NCBI GenBank assembly: GCA_030599585.1
Contig: JAUVNS010000011.1
Location: 96,001 to 160,000 of the forward strand
DNA from: Promethearchaeota archaeon
GTDB lineage: Archaea; Asgardarchaeota; Lokiarchaeia; Sigyniarchaeales; SOKP01
DNA: 64,000 bases
Reading direction: 5' to 3'
In this document: positions 1 to 10,394 of the stretch, piece after piece
Position numbering within the stretch: the first letter of the stretch is position 1
How the letters are laid out: each line of letters opens with the position of its first letter
The notes under the pieces: generated by a model
Databases searched by the model: none
What the model was told of the DNA's origin: nothing
The model's input: the letters and a program-made list of their open reading frames with translations, nothing else
Position numbers and translations under genes: made by a program

Positions 1-1193
1 TCCAAGCCATTAAATTCATCAGAATTAGTTAAAATCCCATCCCTTTCGTAAGCTCTAGTCATTCTATCCGCATTTAATTCGTATTCAAATGGTTGAATAA
101 CAACTTTTATTGGAATATTATACTTCTTGGCAAATTCAAAATCACGCTGATCATGTCCAGGGACTGCCATAACGGCTCCAGCGCCATATTCATAAATAAC
201 AAAGTTCCCAATATAAATAGGAATTTCTTCCTTAGTTATGGGATTAATAGCGTGTTTACCAATGAACATCCCCTTCTTCTCAATATCAATATTTGTTCTT
301 TCAAATTTACCTTGTTTCATTACATCATTATAAAACTGTTCAAATAATTCTTCATATTCCGTTCCTTTTACCCATTCTTTTATCCAAGGATGTTCTGGTG
401 CGAAAACCATAAAAGTTACACCAAACAATGTATCGGCTCTAGTTGTAAAGATATCAATAGTCCTGTCCTCTTCAGTAATTGGGAATCGAATGATAGTTCC
501 CTCCGATTTAGATATCCAATTTCGTTGCATAATCTTCACTTTATCTGGCCAGTCCACGGTATCCAAACCGTCTAAGAGTTCTTCAGCATAATCACGAATT
601 TTCAGAAACCATTGAGTTAAAAATTGTTGTTCAACTTCAGAACTACATCGCCAACATTTACCACTTTGTACCTGTTCGTTAGCTAATACTGTTATACAAT
701 TTGGGCACCAATTCACATAACTTTCTTGTCTGTATGCTAAACCTTTTTCAAACATTTTCAAGAAGAACCACTGATCCCATTTGTAATAATTAGGATCGTG
801 ACTAAAGACCATTCGTGTCCAATCGTACGAAAGTCCTATCCGTTTTTGTTGTTTTTTAATTGATTTTATATTTAAGTTTGTCCACTCTTCGGGATCAATT
901 TCATGATCAATTGCTGCGTTTTCTGCTGGTAATCCATAGCTGTCATATCCCATTGGGTATAAAACATTAAACCCCTTCATCCTTTTAAATCTTGCAAATG
1001 AATCCCCTATTGAATAATTGCGAAGGTGTCCGATATGTAAATCAGAACTTGGATATGGATACATCTCGAGTACATAATATTTTTCTTTTCCATTTTTGTT
1101 CAAATCTTCTTTAACTTCAAAGATTTTCTCAAGTTCCCATTTATTTTGCCATTTTTCCTCAATTTTTTGAAAATCGTATTCAGAGTTAACCAT
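1..1193 (-). CDS. leuS: Leucine--tRNA ligase, bacterial type (3' part runs off the window)
   Basis: Not in the ORF track. Manual translation from ATG at 1193: MVNSEYDFQKIEEKWQNKW...KYYVLEMYPYPSSDLHIGHLRNY...GYDSYGLPAENAAI...VNWCPNCITVLANEQV...QWFLKIRDYAEELL...DWPDKVKIMQRNWISKSEG (HIGH motif and bacterial LeuRS signatures). Confidence 0.93.
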   Translation of the reverse strand, partial: MVNSEYDFQKIEEKWQNKWELEKIFEVKEDLNKNGKEKYYVLEMYPYPSSDLHIGHLRNYSIGDSFARFKRMKGFNVLYPMGYDSYGLPAENAAIDHEIDPEEWTNLNIKSIKKQQKRIGLSYDWTRMVFSHDPNYYKWDQWFFLKMFEKGLAYRQESYVNWCPNCITVLANEQVQSGKCWRCSSEVEQQFLTQWFLKIRDYAEELLDGLDTVDWPDKVKIMQRNWISKSEGTIIRFPITEEDRTIDIFTTRADTLFGVTFMVFAPEHPWIKEWVKGTEYEELFEQFYNDVMKQGKFERTNIDIEKKGMFIGKHAINPITKEEIPIYIGNFVIYEYGAGAVMAVPGHDQRDFEFAKKYNIPIKVVIQPFEYELNADRMTRAYERDGILTNSDEFNGL

Positions 1194-1325
1194 TTTAAAT
1201 CAAAATCAATTTTTAATGTTGTTTATTAAAATATAAACATGAATAATTTAAACAATAAATTTTTTTTGAATTAAGGTATATTCTTATTCAAAAAGGTATT
1301 CCTTACTAAAATTTTCGTTTTAATT

Positions 1326-2330
1326 ATGGCAATAGATAAGATTAGAGTGTCGATAGGTAGTGCTTCAGTGCTAGGGTTATACGAGAGTAAAAGATTTAAG
1401 GACATTCCAACGACATGTTATTTAATGACTTATAAAGACGGTCATTGCACTGCTAATTGCGGTTTTTGTCCGCAAGCTAGAGAATCGGGAAGTTCAATTG
1501 AATTATTATCACGCGTTAGTTGGCCAATTTTTAGTTTTAAAGATTTTTTGACGAAATTGAATTACATGCCCCCTACAAAAAGATTTAAAAGAATTTGTAT
1601 CCAAACCTTGAATTATTTACAAAATTTTCAAGACCTTATAGAAATTGTTTCCCAGGTTAGAAAAAGATGCAATGTCCCAATATCTATTGCTATACCACCG
1701 ATGGGGAAAGAAAAATTAGAAAGATTAAAACTTCTTGGTGTGGATCGGGTAGGTATAGCTCTTGATGGTGCTACTCCTGAAATTTTTGAACAGATAAAAG
1801 GAAAAGTAGTAAAGGGTCCTTATAATTGGAGTAACCACTTTCAAAATCTCAAAGAAGCGCTTACAATTTTTGGAGAGGGGAATGTTACCACACATTTAAT
1901 CGTGGGATTGGGAGAAACTGCAAATGCAATCTTGAAAATGATTAAGAAACTTCACGATTTAAGAATAAGAGTAAGTCTTTTTGCATTTATGCCAATAAAG
2001 GGGACATTGCTTGAAAAATTAAACCAACCGGATCTATTTAATTTTAGAAAAATACAATTAGGCAGATATTTGCTGGTTAGCGATAATAAAACTCTTAAAG
2101 ACTTTACTTTTAATAATGTTGGTGAAATTGTTAAGTTTAATTTGAATGAAAAGGAGTTATGGGATATAATTCGCAATTCAAATGCATTTTTAACTTCGGG
2201 TTGTCCCGGTTGCAATCGTCCTTACTATACATCAAGACCTTCGGGTCCTATTTATAATTATCCTAGAACATTATTAACACATGAGATGGATGATATTTTT
2301 AAAAGTTTAAAGAATACGATTCATATATAA
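1326..2330 (+). CDS. lipS2: Radical SAM lipoyl synthase subunit LipS2 (LipS1/LipS2 type)
   Basis: CxxxCxxC (CTANCGFC) plus C-terminal TSGCPGCNRP motif typical of LipS2; next to a lipoate ligase. Confidence 0.85.
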   Translation: MAIDKIRVSIGSASVLGLYESKRFKDIPTTCYLMTYKDGHCTANCGFCPQARESGSSIELLSRVSWPIFSFKDFLTKLNYMPPTKRFKRICIQTLNYLQNFQDLIEIVSQVRKRCNVPISIAIPPMGKEKLERLKLLGVDRVGIALDGATPEIFEQIKGKVVKGPYNWSNHFQNLKEALTIFGEGNVTTHLIVGLGETANAILKMIKKLHDLRIRVSLFAFMPIKGTLLEKLNQPDLFNFRKIQLGRYLLVSDNKTLKDFTFNNVGEIVKFNLNEKELWDIIRNSNAFLTSGCPGCNRPYYTSRPSGPIYNYPRTLLTHEMDDIFKSLKNTIHI

Positions 2331-2332
2331 TA

Positions 2333-3124
2333 GTGGTAATAGGTTTGAGAGATTGGAGATTTCTTCCCTTAGAAACTAGAAATGGATATTGGAATATGGC
2401 TTTAGATGAAGCAATACTAAATGCAGTTATTGAGAAAAAAATTCCTAACACTCTAAGATTTTTCAAATGGAAGCCATCAACTGTATCTATTGGAAGAAAT
2501 CAAAGTATTTCTAACGAAGTAAATTTAAATGCTGTTAGAGAAAACGGTTTTAATGTTATAAGGAGGATCACTGGAGGTGGTGCTGTATTCCATGACAGTA
2601 CTCGTGAAATTACGTATTCTATTGTATGTTCTCTGAAATTTCTAGAAAACCTTAATGCTAAGAATGTGATTGAGCAATTTGAAATTATTGAGGCGGGTAT
2701 TGTTAATGCTTTAACACAATATGGCTTACAGCCTCAAAAAGGAGTTATTCATTGCCCTGCTATTTTTTTAGACGGAAAGAAATTTTCAGGGAATGCACAG
2801 ATAAGAAAGAAGGGATATCTCCTTCAACATGGAACAATATTATTGGAACTTGATCCTAACCTTATGTACTCCGTTTTAAAAGCACCCTATAACGTAGGGA
2901 AAACTAAAATGGTGAAATCTGTATATGCGAAGTGCATCGGCATCAAAGAACGATTAGATCAGTATGATGAAACGAAATTCTTGTTGTATCTTAAAGCTGG
3001 TTTCGAGGCGACGTTAGGAATTAAATTAATAGACGGAAATTTCACAGATTATGAATTGAATTTAGCAGATAAACTTGTGTCTGAAAAATATTCTAATAAA
3101 AATTGGCTGGAAAAATATGAATGA
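2333..3124 (+). CDS. Lipoate/octanoate-protein ligase, catalytic domain (LplA/LipM family)
   Basis: NMALDEA, RRITGGGAVFHD, KKFSGNAQ, LQHGTIL motifs; no fused LplB domain. Confidence 0.9.
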   Translation: MVIGLRDWRFLPLETRNGYWNMALDEAILNAVIEKKIPNTLRFFKWKPSTVSIGRNQSISNEVNLNAVRENGFNVIRRITGGGAVFHDSTREITYSIVCSLKFLENLNAKNVIEQFEIIEAGIVNALTQYGLQPQKGVIHCPAIFLDGKKFSGNAQIRKKGYLLQHGTILLELDPNLMYSVLKAPYNVGKTKMVKSVYAKCIGIKERLDQYDETKFLLYLKAGFEATLGIKLIDGNFTDYELNLADKLVSEKYSNKNWLEKYE

Positions 3125-4169
3125 TATTAAGGATCTAGTTAAGAGGTTTGAATTAGGTAATCAAACATGGTCAGATTATGATAAATTGTTAAAACTTGAT
3201 AATAGAGAATTAGAGCCGATTTTAAATCTTGCTTATAATATAAAGAAGAAAAAATTTGGAAATCTAATAAAAGTTTATATCCCCAATAAACGGTTTCCAG
3301 CAATAAGCATTACTGGAAGCGAATGTTCATTACACTGTGAACATTGTAATAAAAAATATTTAGATGGTATGAAACCAATCTTAACTAATTCCGAATTAAA
3401 ATCCTACTTATTAGAATTAAACAAAAAGGGTGGAATTGGCGTTTTAATTTCAGGAGGATGTCTTCCCGATGGTTCAGTTCCTTTACTAAGCTTTTTAGAC
3501 ACCATCAAAGAAATCAAGAAGAAAACGAATTTAATAATCAACGCTCATACTGGGTTGCTTAGTGAAGAAACTGCAAAGCAATTAGCACTTGCTGGGGTTG
3601 ATATCGTTTCTTTTGATGTTACTATGGATAAAGACATAATAAACAATATTTACCATCTAAAAAAAGATATTGACGATTATAAAAAAGCAATCAGACTCAT
3701 GCAAAAATATGGAATAAATATCGTTCCTCATATATGCATAGGGTTATTCTATGGCAAGATTCACAAAGAATTGGAGACAATTAAATTTTTGAAAGAATCG
3801 GGATTAGATCCCTCTTTAATAGTATTGATTGCTTTAATCCCTCCAAATGATTCTGTAAATAATTTTCTTAGACCTCAACCAGGGGATATCGCAAAAATTA
3901 TTGCGACTACTAGATTTATATATCCAGACACAGAAATTTCATTAGGGTGTATGAGACCAAGAGGGGATGTGAAATTAGATATAGAAAAATATGCAATTAA
4001 AGCTGGGATAAATAGAATTGAAATACCTTCAAAAAATACTTTAAAGTGGATAAAAAAAAATGATCCTGATGTTGTATTCAATTTCTTCTCAGCGTGTTGT
4101 GCAATTCCAGATAAATTTGAAAAATACGCAAAAAGCAAGGATTCAGATTTAAAGAATTATAAGATTTAA
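3117..4169 (+). CDS. lipS1: Radical SAM lipoyl synthase subunit LipS1
   Basis: CSLHCEHC, LGCMRP and terminal ACCA motifs; ATG at 3117 overlaps the ligase stop and is preferred over 3075. Confidence 0.85.
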   Translation: MNDIKDLVKRFELGNQTWSDYDKLLKLDNRELEPILNLAYNIKKKKFGNLIKVYIPNKRFPAISITGSECSLHCEHCNKKYLDGMKPILTNSELKSYLLELNKKGGIGVLISGGCLPDGSVPLLSFLDTIKEIKKKTNLIINAHTGLLSEETAKQLALAGVDIVSFDVTMDKDIINNIYHLKKDIDDYKKAIRLMQKYGINIVPHICIGLFYGKIHKELETIKFLKESGLDPSLIVLIALIPPNDSVNNFLRPQPGDIAKIIATTRFIYPDTEISLGCMRPRGDVKLDIEKYAIKAGINRIEIPSKNTLKWIKKNDPDVVFNFFSACCAIPDKFEKYAKSKDSDLKNYKI

Positions 4170-4194
4170 TTTTTAAAAAGGAAGACTTAATGCT

Positions 4195-5610
4195 ATGAGA
4201 GGAAAAATAGAAATTTTCGGAGTGGAAGATATCCCCCTAATAAAAAATGGCGACAATATTCCATTAATCATTTTTAATGCGTTAACAAAAAATAATATCT
4301 CATTAGAAGATGGAGACGTTGTTATTATTGCCCAAACTATTTTATCGAAAAGTTTGGGAAATCTAAGAAATATAGGAGACATAGTCCCAAGTCAAGAGGC
4401 TATCGATCTGCACAATAAAATGGCTCCTCTGATAAGAAAAAATAATTTACCTGATAAAAGCCCTGAGCTAATTCAAGCGATATTAGATGAATCGAGACAA
4501 GTTTTGAAAGCAGAGCATGTAATGATTGTCGAAACGAACCACGGATTTATATGTGCAAATGCAGGTATTGATAAATCAAATGTCGGAAAAGGGGATGTAA
4601 TTTCTCTGCTCCCTTTAGATTCAGATAAAGAAGCCGAAAAAATCCGGATTTCACTTCAAAATTTAACAAAAAAAAAAATTGCGGTAGTAATTTCAGACTC
4701 TTTTGGAAGATCCTTTAGATTGGGGGCGGTAGGAGTGGCTTTAGGCGTTTCTGGAATATCTCCAATATTAGACAAGCGAGGTAGTAAGGATTTATATGGA
4801 AAAGAATTACAGAGTACAATTATCGGACAGATTGACAATTTAACTTCTGCTGCTCAATTAATCATGGGAGAAGCGGACGAAGGACTACCTGTTGTTATAA
4901 TTAGGGGATATGAATATTCATTAATGGAAAAATCTTCTATAACCAAAATTTTAAGAAAAAGCGAGATAGATTTATTTAGAAAGAAACGCAAAAATGGTAA
5001 TTTTGAAACCATTCTTAAATCTCGGAGAAGCTACAAATCAGAGTTTAATGATAAAGAAGTTAGTATTAACCTGATAGAAGATTGTATAGATGTAGCTCGA
5101 TGGGCTCCAAGTGCTCACAATGGCCAATTCTGGCGATATTCTATAATTGAAAAGGGAAAGATTCGTGAAACTTTGATTGAGAAGATGAATTCTAAATTGA
5201 AAGAAGACTTGATACAAGAAGGTAAATCAGATAATTTTGTTTTTAAGAAAATAAATAAAACGAGAAATCAATTTCTCAATTCACCTTACTTAATACTCTT
5301 ATGTTTGGATTCACACGATTTAAAGACCAACTCGGATAGTGCACGAGATTTTAATGAGTATATTATGGGAGTGCAGAGTATAAGCGCCTCAGCAACCTAT
5401 TTACTTCTTGCATTTGAAAATAAAGGAGTATCAGCGTGTTGGTATTGCGCACCCCTATTTGCAAAAAAAATTATCAAAGAAGTACTGAAACTACCAAGTT
5501 CTTTCGTGCCTATGGCATTTTTTACAGTAGGTTATTCGACTAAAACAACTCAAAAACCATATCGTAAGGAATTAAAAGATATTATCTTTAAGATAAGGAA
5601 AGAAAAATGA
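4195..5610 (+). CDS. cofE: F420:L-glutamate ligase fused to a C-terminal nitroreductase domain (FbiB architecture)
   Basis: N-terminal CofE motifs (ICANAGIDKSN, SDSFGRSFRLG, MGEADEGLPV); C-terminal RRSYK...APSAHNGQFW nitroreductase fold. Confidence 0.9.
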   Translation: MRGKIEIFGVEDIPLIKNGDNIPLIIFNALTKNNISLEDGDVVIIAQTILSKSLGNLRNIGDIVPSQEAIDLHNKMAPLIRKNNLPDKSPELIQAILDESRQVLKAEHVMIVETNHGFICANAGIDKSNVGKGDVISLLPLDSDKEAEKIRISLQNLTKKKIAVVISDSFGRSFRLGAVGVALGVSGISPILDKRGSKDLYGKELQSTIIGQIDNLTSAAQLIMGEADEGLPVVIIRGYEYSLMEKSSITKILRKSEIDLFRKKRKNGNFETILKSRRSYKSEFNDKEVSINLIEDCIDVARWAPSAHNGQFWRYSIIEKGKIRETLIEKMNSKLKEDLIQEGKSDNFVFKKINKTRNQFLNSPYLILLCLDSHDLKTNSDSARDFNEYIMGVQSISASATYLLLAFENKGVSACWYCAPLFAKKIIKEVLKLPSSFVPMAFFTVGYSTKTTQKPYRKELKDIIFKIRKEK

Positions 5611-5620
5611 GCGTTAAAAT

Positions 5621-6556
5621 ATGGATGATATTTACTATTTAGTACTTGCTGGTGGAGTAGGTGCGGCTAAATTTATAGAAGGATTGGCGAATGTAATTGA
5701 TCCTGCTTTATTAAAGATCGTAATAAACACAGGTGACGATATAGAATTATACGGTTTACAAATCTGCCCTGATATAGATATAGTAACTTACACTTTAGCG
5801 GGAATAGTAGACAAAGAAAAAGGTTGGGGATTTCAAGACGAAACTTTTAATTGTTTAAAATCTTTAAAACGATTTTATGGTTTTGAGTGGTTCAATTTAG
5901 GAGATCAAGACTTAGCAACGCACATTTATAGAACTGATCTCTTTAAGAAGGGATTTAGCAAAGCAGAAATCACTATGAGAATTGCTCAAAAAATGGGGAT
6001 AAAATCTCATCTTATACCAATGACGAATGAAAGTGTTCAAACGATAATTTCAACTGATTCAGAAGAAATGCATTTTGAAGAATTTTTTATTAGATACAAA
6101 AGTAGACCAAGAATATTAGACATTAAGTTTCAAGGCATTGATAAAGCAAAACCAGTTAAGGGTTTACTCGATTACATAGAGCATGCTGAGAGAGTAATAA
6201 TTTGTCCTTCGAACCCTGTAGTCTCCATTGGAACTATACTAACGGTTCCGGGAATTAGGAATACTTTGAAAAACATTAAGCAAAAAGTAATTGCAATAAG
6301 CCCAATTATAGAAGGGGGAACAGTAAAAGGTCCAGCAGATAAAATGATGAAACATCTAGGGTTCGAAGTTTCTTGTGTTGGAGTGGCGCATTATTATAAA
6401 GATATAATAGGCCACTTCATTATCGATAATAAAGATTGTGCATTAAAGCCGATTATTAAGAAAATGAATATAAAGACTTATTGTTTCGATACCTTAATGG
6501 TCTCAACAGAAAAAAAGAAAGATTTGGCCAGGTTTACAATTAATTTAGAAATATAA
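5621..6556 (+). CDS. cofD: 2-phospho-L-lactate transferase (CofD/FbiA)
   Basis: LAGGVGAAKF, NTGDD, CPDIDIV, WFNLGDQD, PSNPVVSIG, VKGPADKMM. Confidence 0.93.
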   Translation: MDDIYYLVLAGGVGAAKFIEGLANVIDPALLKIVINTGDDIELYGLQICPDIDIVTYTLAGIVDKEKGWGFQDETFNCLKSLKRFYGFEWFNLGDQDLATHIYRTDLFKKGFSKAEITMRIAQKMGIKSHLIPMTNESVQTIISTDSEEMHFEEFFIRYKSRPRILDIKFQGIDKAKPVKGLLDYIEHAERVIICPSNPVVSIGTILTVPGIRNTLKNIKQKVIAISPIIEGGTVKGPADKMMKHLGFEVSCVGVAHYYKDIIGHFIIDNKDCALKPIIKKMNIKTYCFDTLMVSTEKKKDLARFTINLEI

Positions 6557-6567
6557 CATGGTAGACT

Positions 6568-8004
6568 TCACGCTGGAGTTTCTTGAATTTCAAGATCTTT
6601 TTCTTCTTTTATATCTTCTTTCTTTACATAATCCCCTACTGAAGCTAGAATCTCTTTTATCCTACCTTCTTGTTGGAGACGAATAATTAAATTTCTATGT
6701 TTTATTGAAGAGATAATCTTTGAAATCACGGGAAATATTAGTATCAATGGAACTAATAGTATTACTATAACTTCTGGAGAAAACATTGCAACGCTTTCCA
6801 TAATTGCAGGTGGTAAATTAAAAACATTTTCCATGAACCATCTTGGATGAATAATAATAAAACTAATAATTATCAGTAAACCAACCCGGAAAATAAAATT
6901 AATAATTGTTGAAACTATAAGGCTCTTAGGTTTAGGAGCTGATGATCTGGCTGTTAGAGTATCGCGGGCTTCGCTATCTTCTTGAAAAAGTCGGTGTATA
7001 TATCTTCCAAGTCTTCTCGTCTTAGAAGCAGCAGTAATTAATTTTTTTTCTTCTTCCTCTAATTTCCTTCTTTCTATCATTTCCTTAACATAAGAAAATG
7101 TATCTCCGGTTTTAGCGAAAAATTTTCCTATTGTTGCTTTTTCATCAATTTTTAATTCCTGTTTCCTTTTTTTTGCTTCTTCTTTGATTTTGTCAACATT
7201 TGCTGTTACATAATAGGATTCACTTTGTAACACGCTTAACTGAGCTTCTAACCGATAGCTTCTTTCTAATGATGGTTTAGTAACAGTGAATGTATAATTT
7301 ATTTGAAAAGCCATTTCTAAATATATATAAGAAGCGATAGCAAGAAGAATTACAGGACTTGCAAAAAATTGAAATATATTATCGATAGGAATTCCCTCTA
7401 ATAGATCCCTATTTAAAGGATCGGGAAGATCTTCTAAATACGGAAGTGTTATATTGAATAATTCTAACATATCTTTAAATCCAAAAACCATAAGTGGAAC
7501 TACTAACATGAGAACAATAGATCCTACAACTCGTAGTTCGTTTTTTGGATCTGTTCTCAGAAAAGCTTTAATAGCGTAATAGATAGAGATGATTATTAAT
7601 ATTTGAAATGCAATTAAATAGAAATTTTCACTGAATACTGCGAATTCCTGACCTATTAGATCGGGAATTTCACTGAATTCTGGGGTATTACCATTCGGAA
7701 AAGTAAACCAAAGGCTAAACAATCCTCGAAAAAATTGCTCTAACAAAGTAAACAGGGACGGTTGAAATGCTGAAAAAGGAAAAGAGGCCACCATAACGCA
7801 AACAAAAGCAACTCCATATAATACAATAAATATAACATATGTCGAAATATTTCTTAAACTAGTTAGAAATGAAGATAAAACAAGTTCTCCTTCAGTAGTA
7901 GTGATTACTTTGTTAAAATCAAAAATTGACAGAAAAATAACTAAAATCCACAAGAAAATAAGTGCATTAATAACCTTTAGAATTAAAAGGTAATATCTTG
8001 CCAT
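6568..8004 (-). CDS. Polytopic membrane protein with a charged coiled-coil loop; last gene of the MoxR operon
   Basis: About 7 hydrophobic segments and a K/E-rich loop; 3 bp from the DUF58 gene. Confidence 0.75.
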   Translation of the reverse strand: MARYYLLILKVINALIFLWILVIFLSIFDFNKVITTTEGELVLSSFLTSLRNISTYVIFIVLYGVAFVCVMVASFPFSAFQPSLFTLLEQFFRGLFSLWFTFPNGNTPEFSEIPDLIGQEFAVFSENFYLIAFQILIIISIYYAIKAFLRTDPKNELRVVGSIVLMLVVPLMVFGFKDMLELFNITLPYLEDLPDPLNRDLLEGIPIDNIFQFFASPVILLAIASYIYLEMAFQINYTFTVTKPSLERSYRLEAQLSVLQSESYYVTANVDKIKEEAKKRKQELKIDEKATIGKFFAKTGDTFSYVKEMIERRKLEEEEKKLITAASKTRRLGRYIHRLFQEDSEARDTLTARSSAPKPKSLIVSTIINFIFRVGLLIIISFIIIHPRWFMENVFNLPPAIMESVAMFSPEVIVILLVPLILIFPVISKIISSIKHRNLIIRLQQEGRIKEILASVGDYVKKEDIKEEKDLEIQETPA

Positions 8005-8007
8005 CTT

Positions 8008-9336
8008 TTAATACGCACTCCCTTTTTTCTTTGCTTCCATATATTTCCCTAAAACTTGGTTCATCATATCATCAGGTCCAACTGTAATGATGTTTACACC
8101 TAAATTTCTTACTTCTTGCTTTATTCTTATGATATGCTCCATCATTTCTTCGCTGATAGCTTCTGCAAGAGCCTTATCTGTGGATGATAAATCAATTTCA
8201 TGGATTTCAAACCATGGACTGAAAGGATTGATTAAAATAATAGAATGGTTGAAAGTTACTAGTTTTCTGATTGCTTGCCCTATTTCTTTAACATTTGCTT
8301 CTAAATCCGATATAATGAAAATTAAACTACGTTTTTGAAACCGTTTGATAAAATAGCCCATCGCTTCAACAAATCTCGACTTACCCTCTGGTTTTACTCT
8401 AGCAACAAAATCTAACACTTGGTAAAAATGATCATCTCCACTCCCAGGTTTTAAAAATTTTAAATTTTTTTTATCTGAAAATGCAAAAACACCAACATTA
8501 TCTTTGCGAGACAACGCAACTTTAGTTAAAAGCATGCAGGCTCTAATTGCATACTCAAATTTAGTGTTTTCAATAGCACCACCCGCCATAGAATTAGACG
8601 AGTCTACCAGGATCATAACGGTAACATCTCTTTCACTTTCGAATTCTTTCACAATTAATTTTTGATGCCGAGCACTTGCTTTCCAGTCAATCAATCTAAA
8701 CTGATCTCCAAATACATATTTTCTCATACCGTAGAATTCAGATCCAAGTCCTTTTTGCTTAGATCGTTGTATTCCATAATTTAAGTTTAAAGAGCGCTTA
8801 GAACCTAAAATTTCAATTCTTTTAATATCCTCGTAGGGCGGATAAACTAAGATATCAGATATACTATCTGGAACAACTCTTTCTACAGAGTTAAATCCTA
8901 ATCGATCTTTGACTATTAAAGATAGAGGACCCAAAGGATATTCGCCTCTTACTTTTGGCTCGAGAATGTAGCTGAACTTTATTTTTTTCTTTGGACCAAT
9001 TTTAGTGGAAATAAAATTTTCTCCTAAAACTAACCTAAAGAGTTGAGGGTTGTAGTAATCTCTGATTTCAAGAAAATCAAAACTACTTTTACCAGTGTTT
9101 TCAATGATTACTTTAATATGAACAAAATCGTCTTTGAATACTTTCTCTTTTTCAAGTTCCCGATAAACTCTTAATTCTTCGATATTCATTTGATAATAGA
9201 ATAAAGGTAAACTTACAACTGTACTAAATAATAGAAGTATGGCGAAATAAATCAGGAAGTAGTTTTCAAACGCAAAACCTGCTGTTAGAAAAAAAACTGA
9301 AAATAATACTAAAGTCCTTCCCTTTCCTCCTAACAT
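8008..9336 (-). CDS. DUF58/vWA domain membrane protein
   Basis: GSEFYGMRKYVFGDQFRLIDWKASAR...LIVKEFESER DUF58 motif; DSSNSM MIDAS; two N-terminal TM segments; GGAGG RBS. Confidence 0.9.
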   Translation of the reverse strand: MLGGKGRTLVLFSVFFLTAGFAFENYFLIYFAILLLFSTVVSLPLFYYQMNIEELRVYRELEKEKVFKDDFVHIKVIIENTGKSSFDFLEIRDYYNPQLFRLVLGENFISTKIGPKKKIKFSYILEPKVRGEYPLGPLSLIVKDRLGFNSVERVVPDSISDILVYPPYEDIKRIEILGSKRSLNLNYGIQRSKQKGLGSEFYGMRKYVFGDQFRLIDWKASARHQKLIVKEFESERDVTVMILVDSSNSMAGGAIENTKFEYAIRACMLLTKVALSRKDNVGVFAFSDKKNLKFLKPGSGDDHFYQVLDFVARVKPEGKSRFVEAMGYFIKRFQKRSLIFIISDLEANVKEIGQAIRKLVTFNHSIILINPFSPWFEIHEIDLSSTDKALAEAISEEMMEHIIRIKQEVRNLGVNIITVGPDDMMNQVLGKYMEAKKKGSAY

Positions 9337-9413
9337 CTTATTCCTCCTTACCTAAGTTACTTAGATCTTTTTTCTTTTAAATTTAACTCTATTTTTAATG
9401 CAAATATAACACT

Positions 9414-10394
9414 TTAAATAGGGATTGGAATATCTTCGACAATGTTTTTGATCACTATCTTAACATCTAAACCTTCTAATTCGGCTTCTGGTTTTAGTAG
9501 TATTCGATGGTTTAACGCGGGAACAATTAATGCTCTCACATCATCAGGTGTAACATATACTCTCCCTAAAATAGCAGCTCTAGCTTTAGAACACTTCATT
9601 AAGACAAGGGATGCTCGTGGACCACACCCCAGAGCAATCTGAGGATGACTTCGAGTTTTTAATACAATATCCCTAATGTATTTCAATATCCTGTCGTCAA
9701 TGTATACCATGTTCATTAGTCTTTGAGCTGCGAGTAATTCTTCCCCACTGGTAATTGCCTCGACTGATGGAGATTCTCCTGATATCTGTCTTCTCATTAT
9801 ATCAACTTCTTCTTCTTTTTCTGGATATTCTAACCAGAGCTTCATGATAAATCGATCAAGTTGCGCTTCTGGTAATGGGTAAGTTCCCTCCATTTCGACC
9901 GGATTTTCTGTAGCAACAACCATAAAAGGTTTATCAAGCAGAAGAGTTTCTCCTTCAATAGTAATTTGTCTTTCTGCCATAGCTTCAAGGAGTGCAGCTT
10001 GAGTTTTGGGAGCGCTTCGATTAATTTCATCTGCTAATACAATATTTGCAAATAAGGGTCCCTTTTGGAGTACAAACGCTCCTTCGTTTTGATCAAATAT
10101 TTTGGTTCCTGTAATATCTGCTGGTAGTAAATCAGGAGTAAATTGAACTCTTCTAAAGGAAATACCGAGCGTTTTTGCGAATGTCTTTGCCATAACAGTT
10201 TTCCCTAAACCAGGTACTCCTTCAAGGAGGACATGGCCATTAACAAGTAACGCTATGAAAAGTTGCTGCAAGATATCACCGTAACCTACGATAACTCGAC
10301 TAACCTCTGATAATACTTCTTGTGCTATATCTCTAATTGGTTCTACATCTAATTCTTCCCTATCATAATACTTTGCTTTATTATGGGATTCCAT
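9414..10394 (-). CDS. moxR: MoxR-family AAA+ ATPase (MoxR proper)
   Basis: HVLLEGVPGLGKT, RVQFTPDLLPADITG, LADEINR, NPVEMEGTYPLPEAQLDRF. Confidence 0.95.
   Translation of the reverse strand: MESHNKAKYYDREELDVEPIRDIAQEVLSEVSRVIVGYGDILQQLFIALLVNGHVLLEGVPGLGKTVMAKTFAKTLGISFRRVQFTPDLLPADITGTKIFDQNEGAFVLQKGPLFANIVLADEINRSAPKTQAALLEAMAERQITIEGETLLLDKPFMVVATENPVEMEGTYPLPEAQLDRFIMKLWLEYPEKEEEVDIMRRQISGESPSVEAITSGEELLAAQRLMNMVYIDDRILKYIRDIVLKTRSHPQIALGCGPRASLVLMKCSKARAAILGRVYVTPDDVRALIVPALNHRILLKPEAELEGLDVKIVIKNIVEDIPIPI

Noticed and set aside
93-575. Two short + strand ORFs in the track
   Set aside because: Antisense shadows of leuS. The same applies to the other short antisense or alternate-frame ORFs nested in long genes
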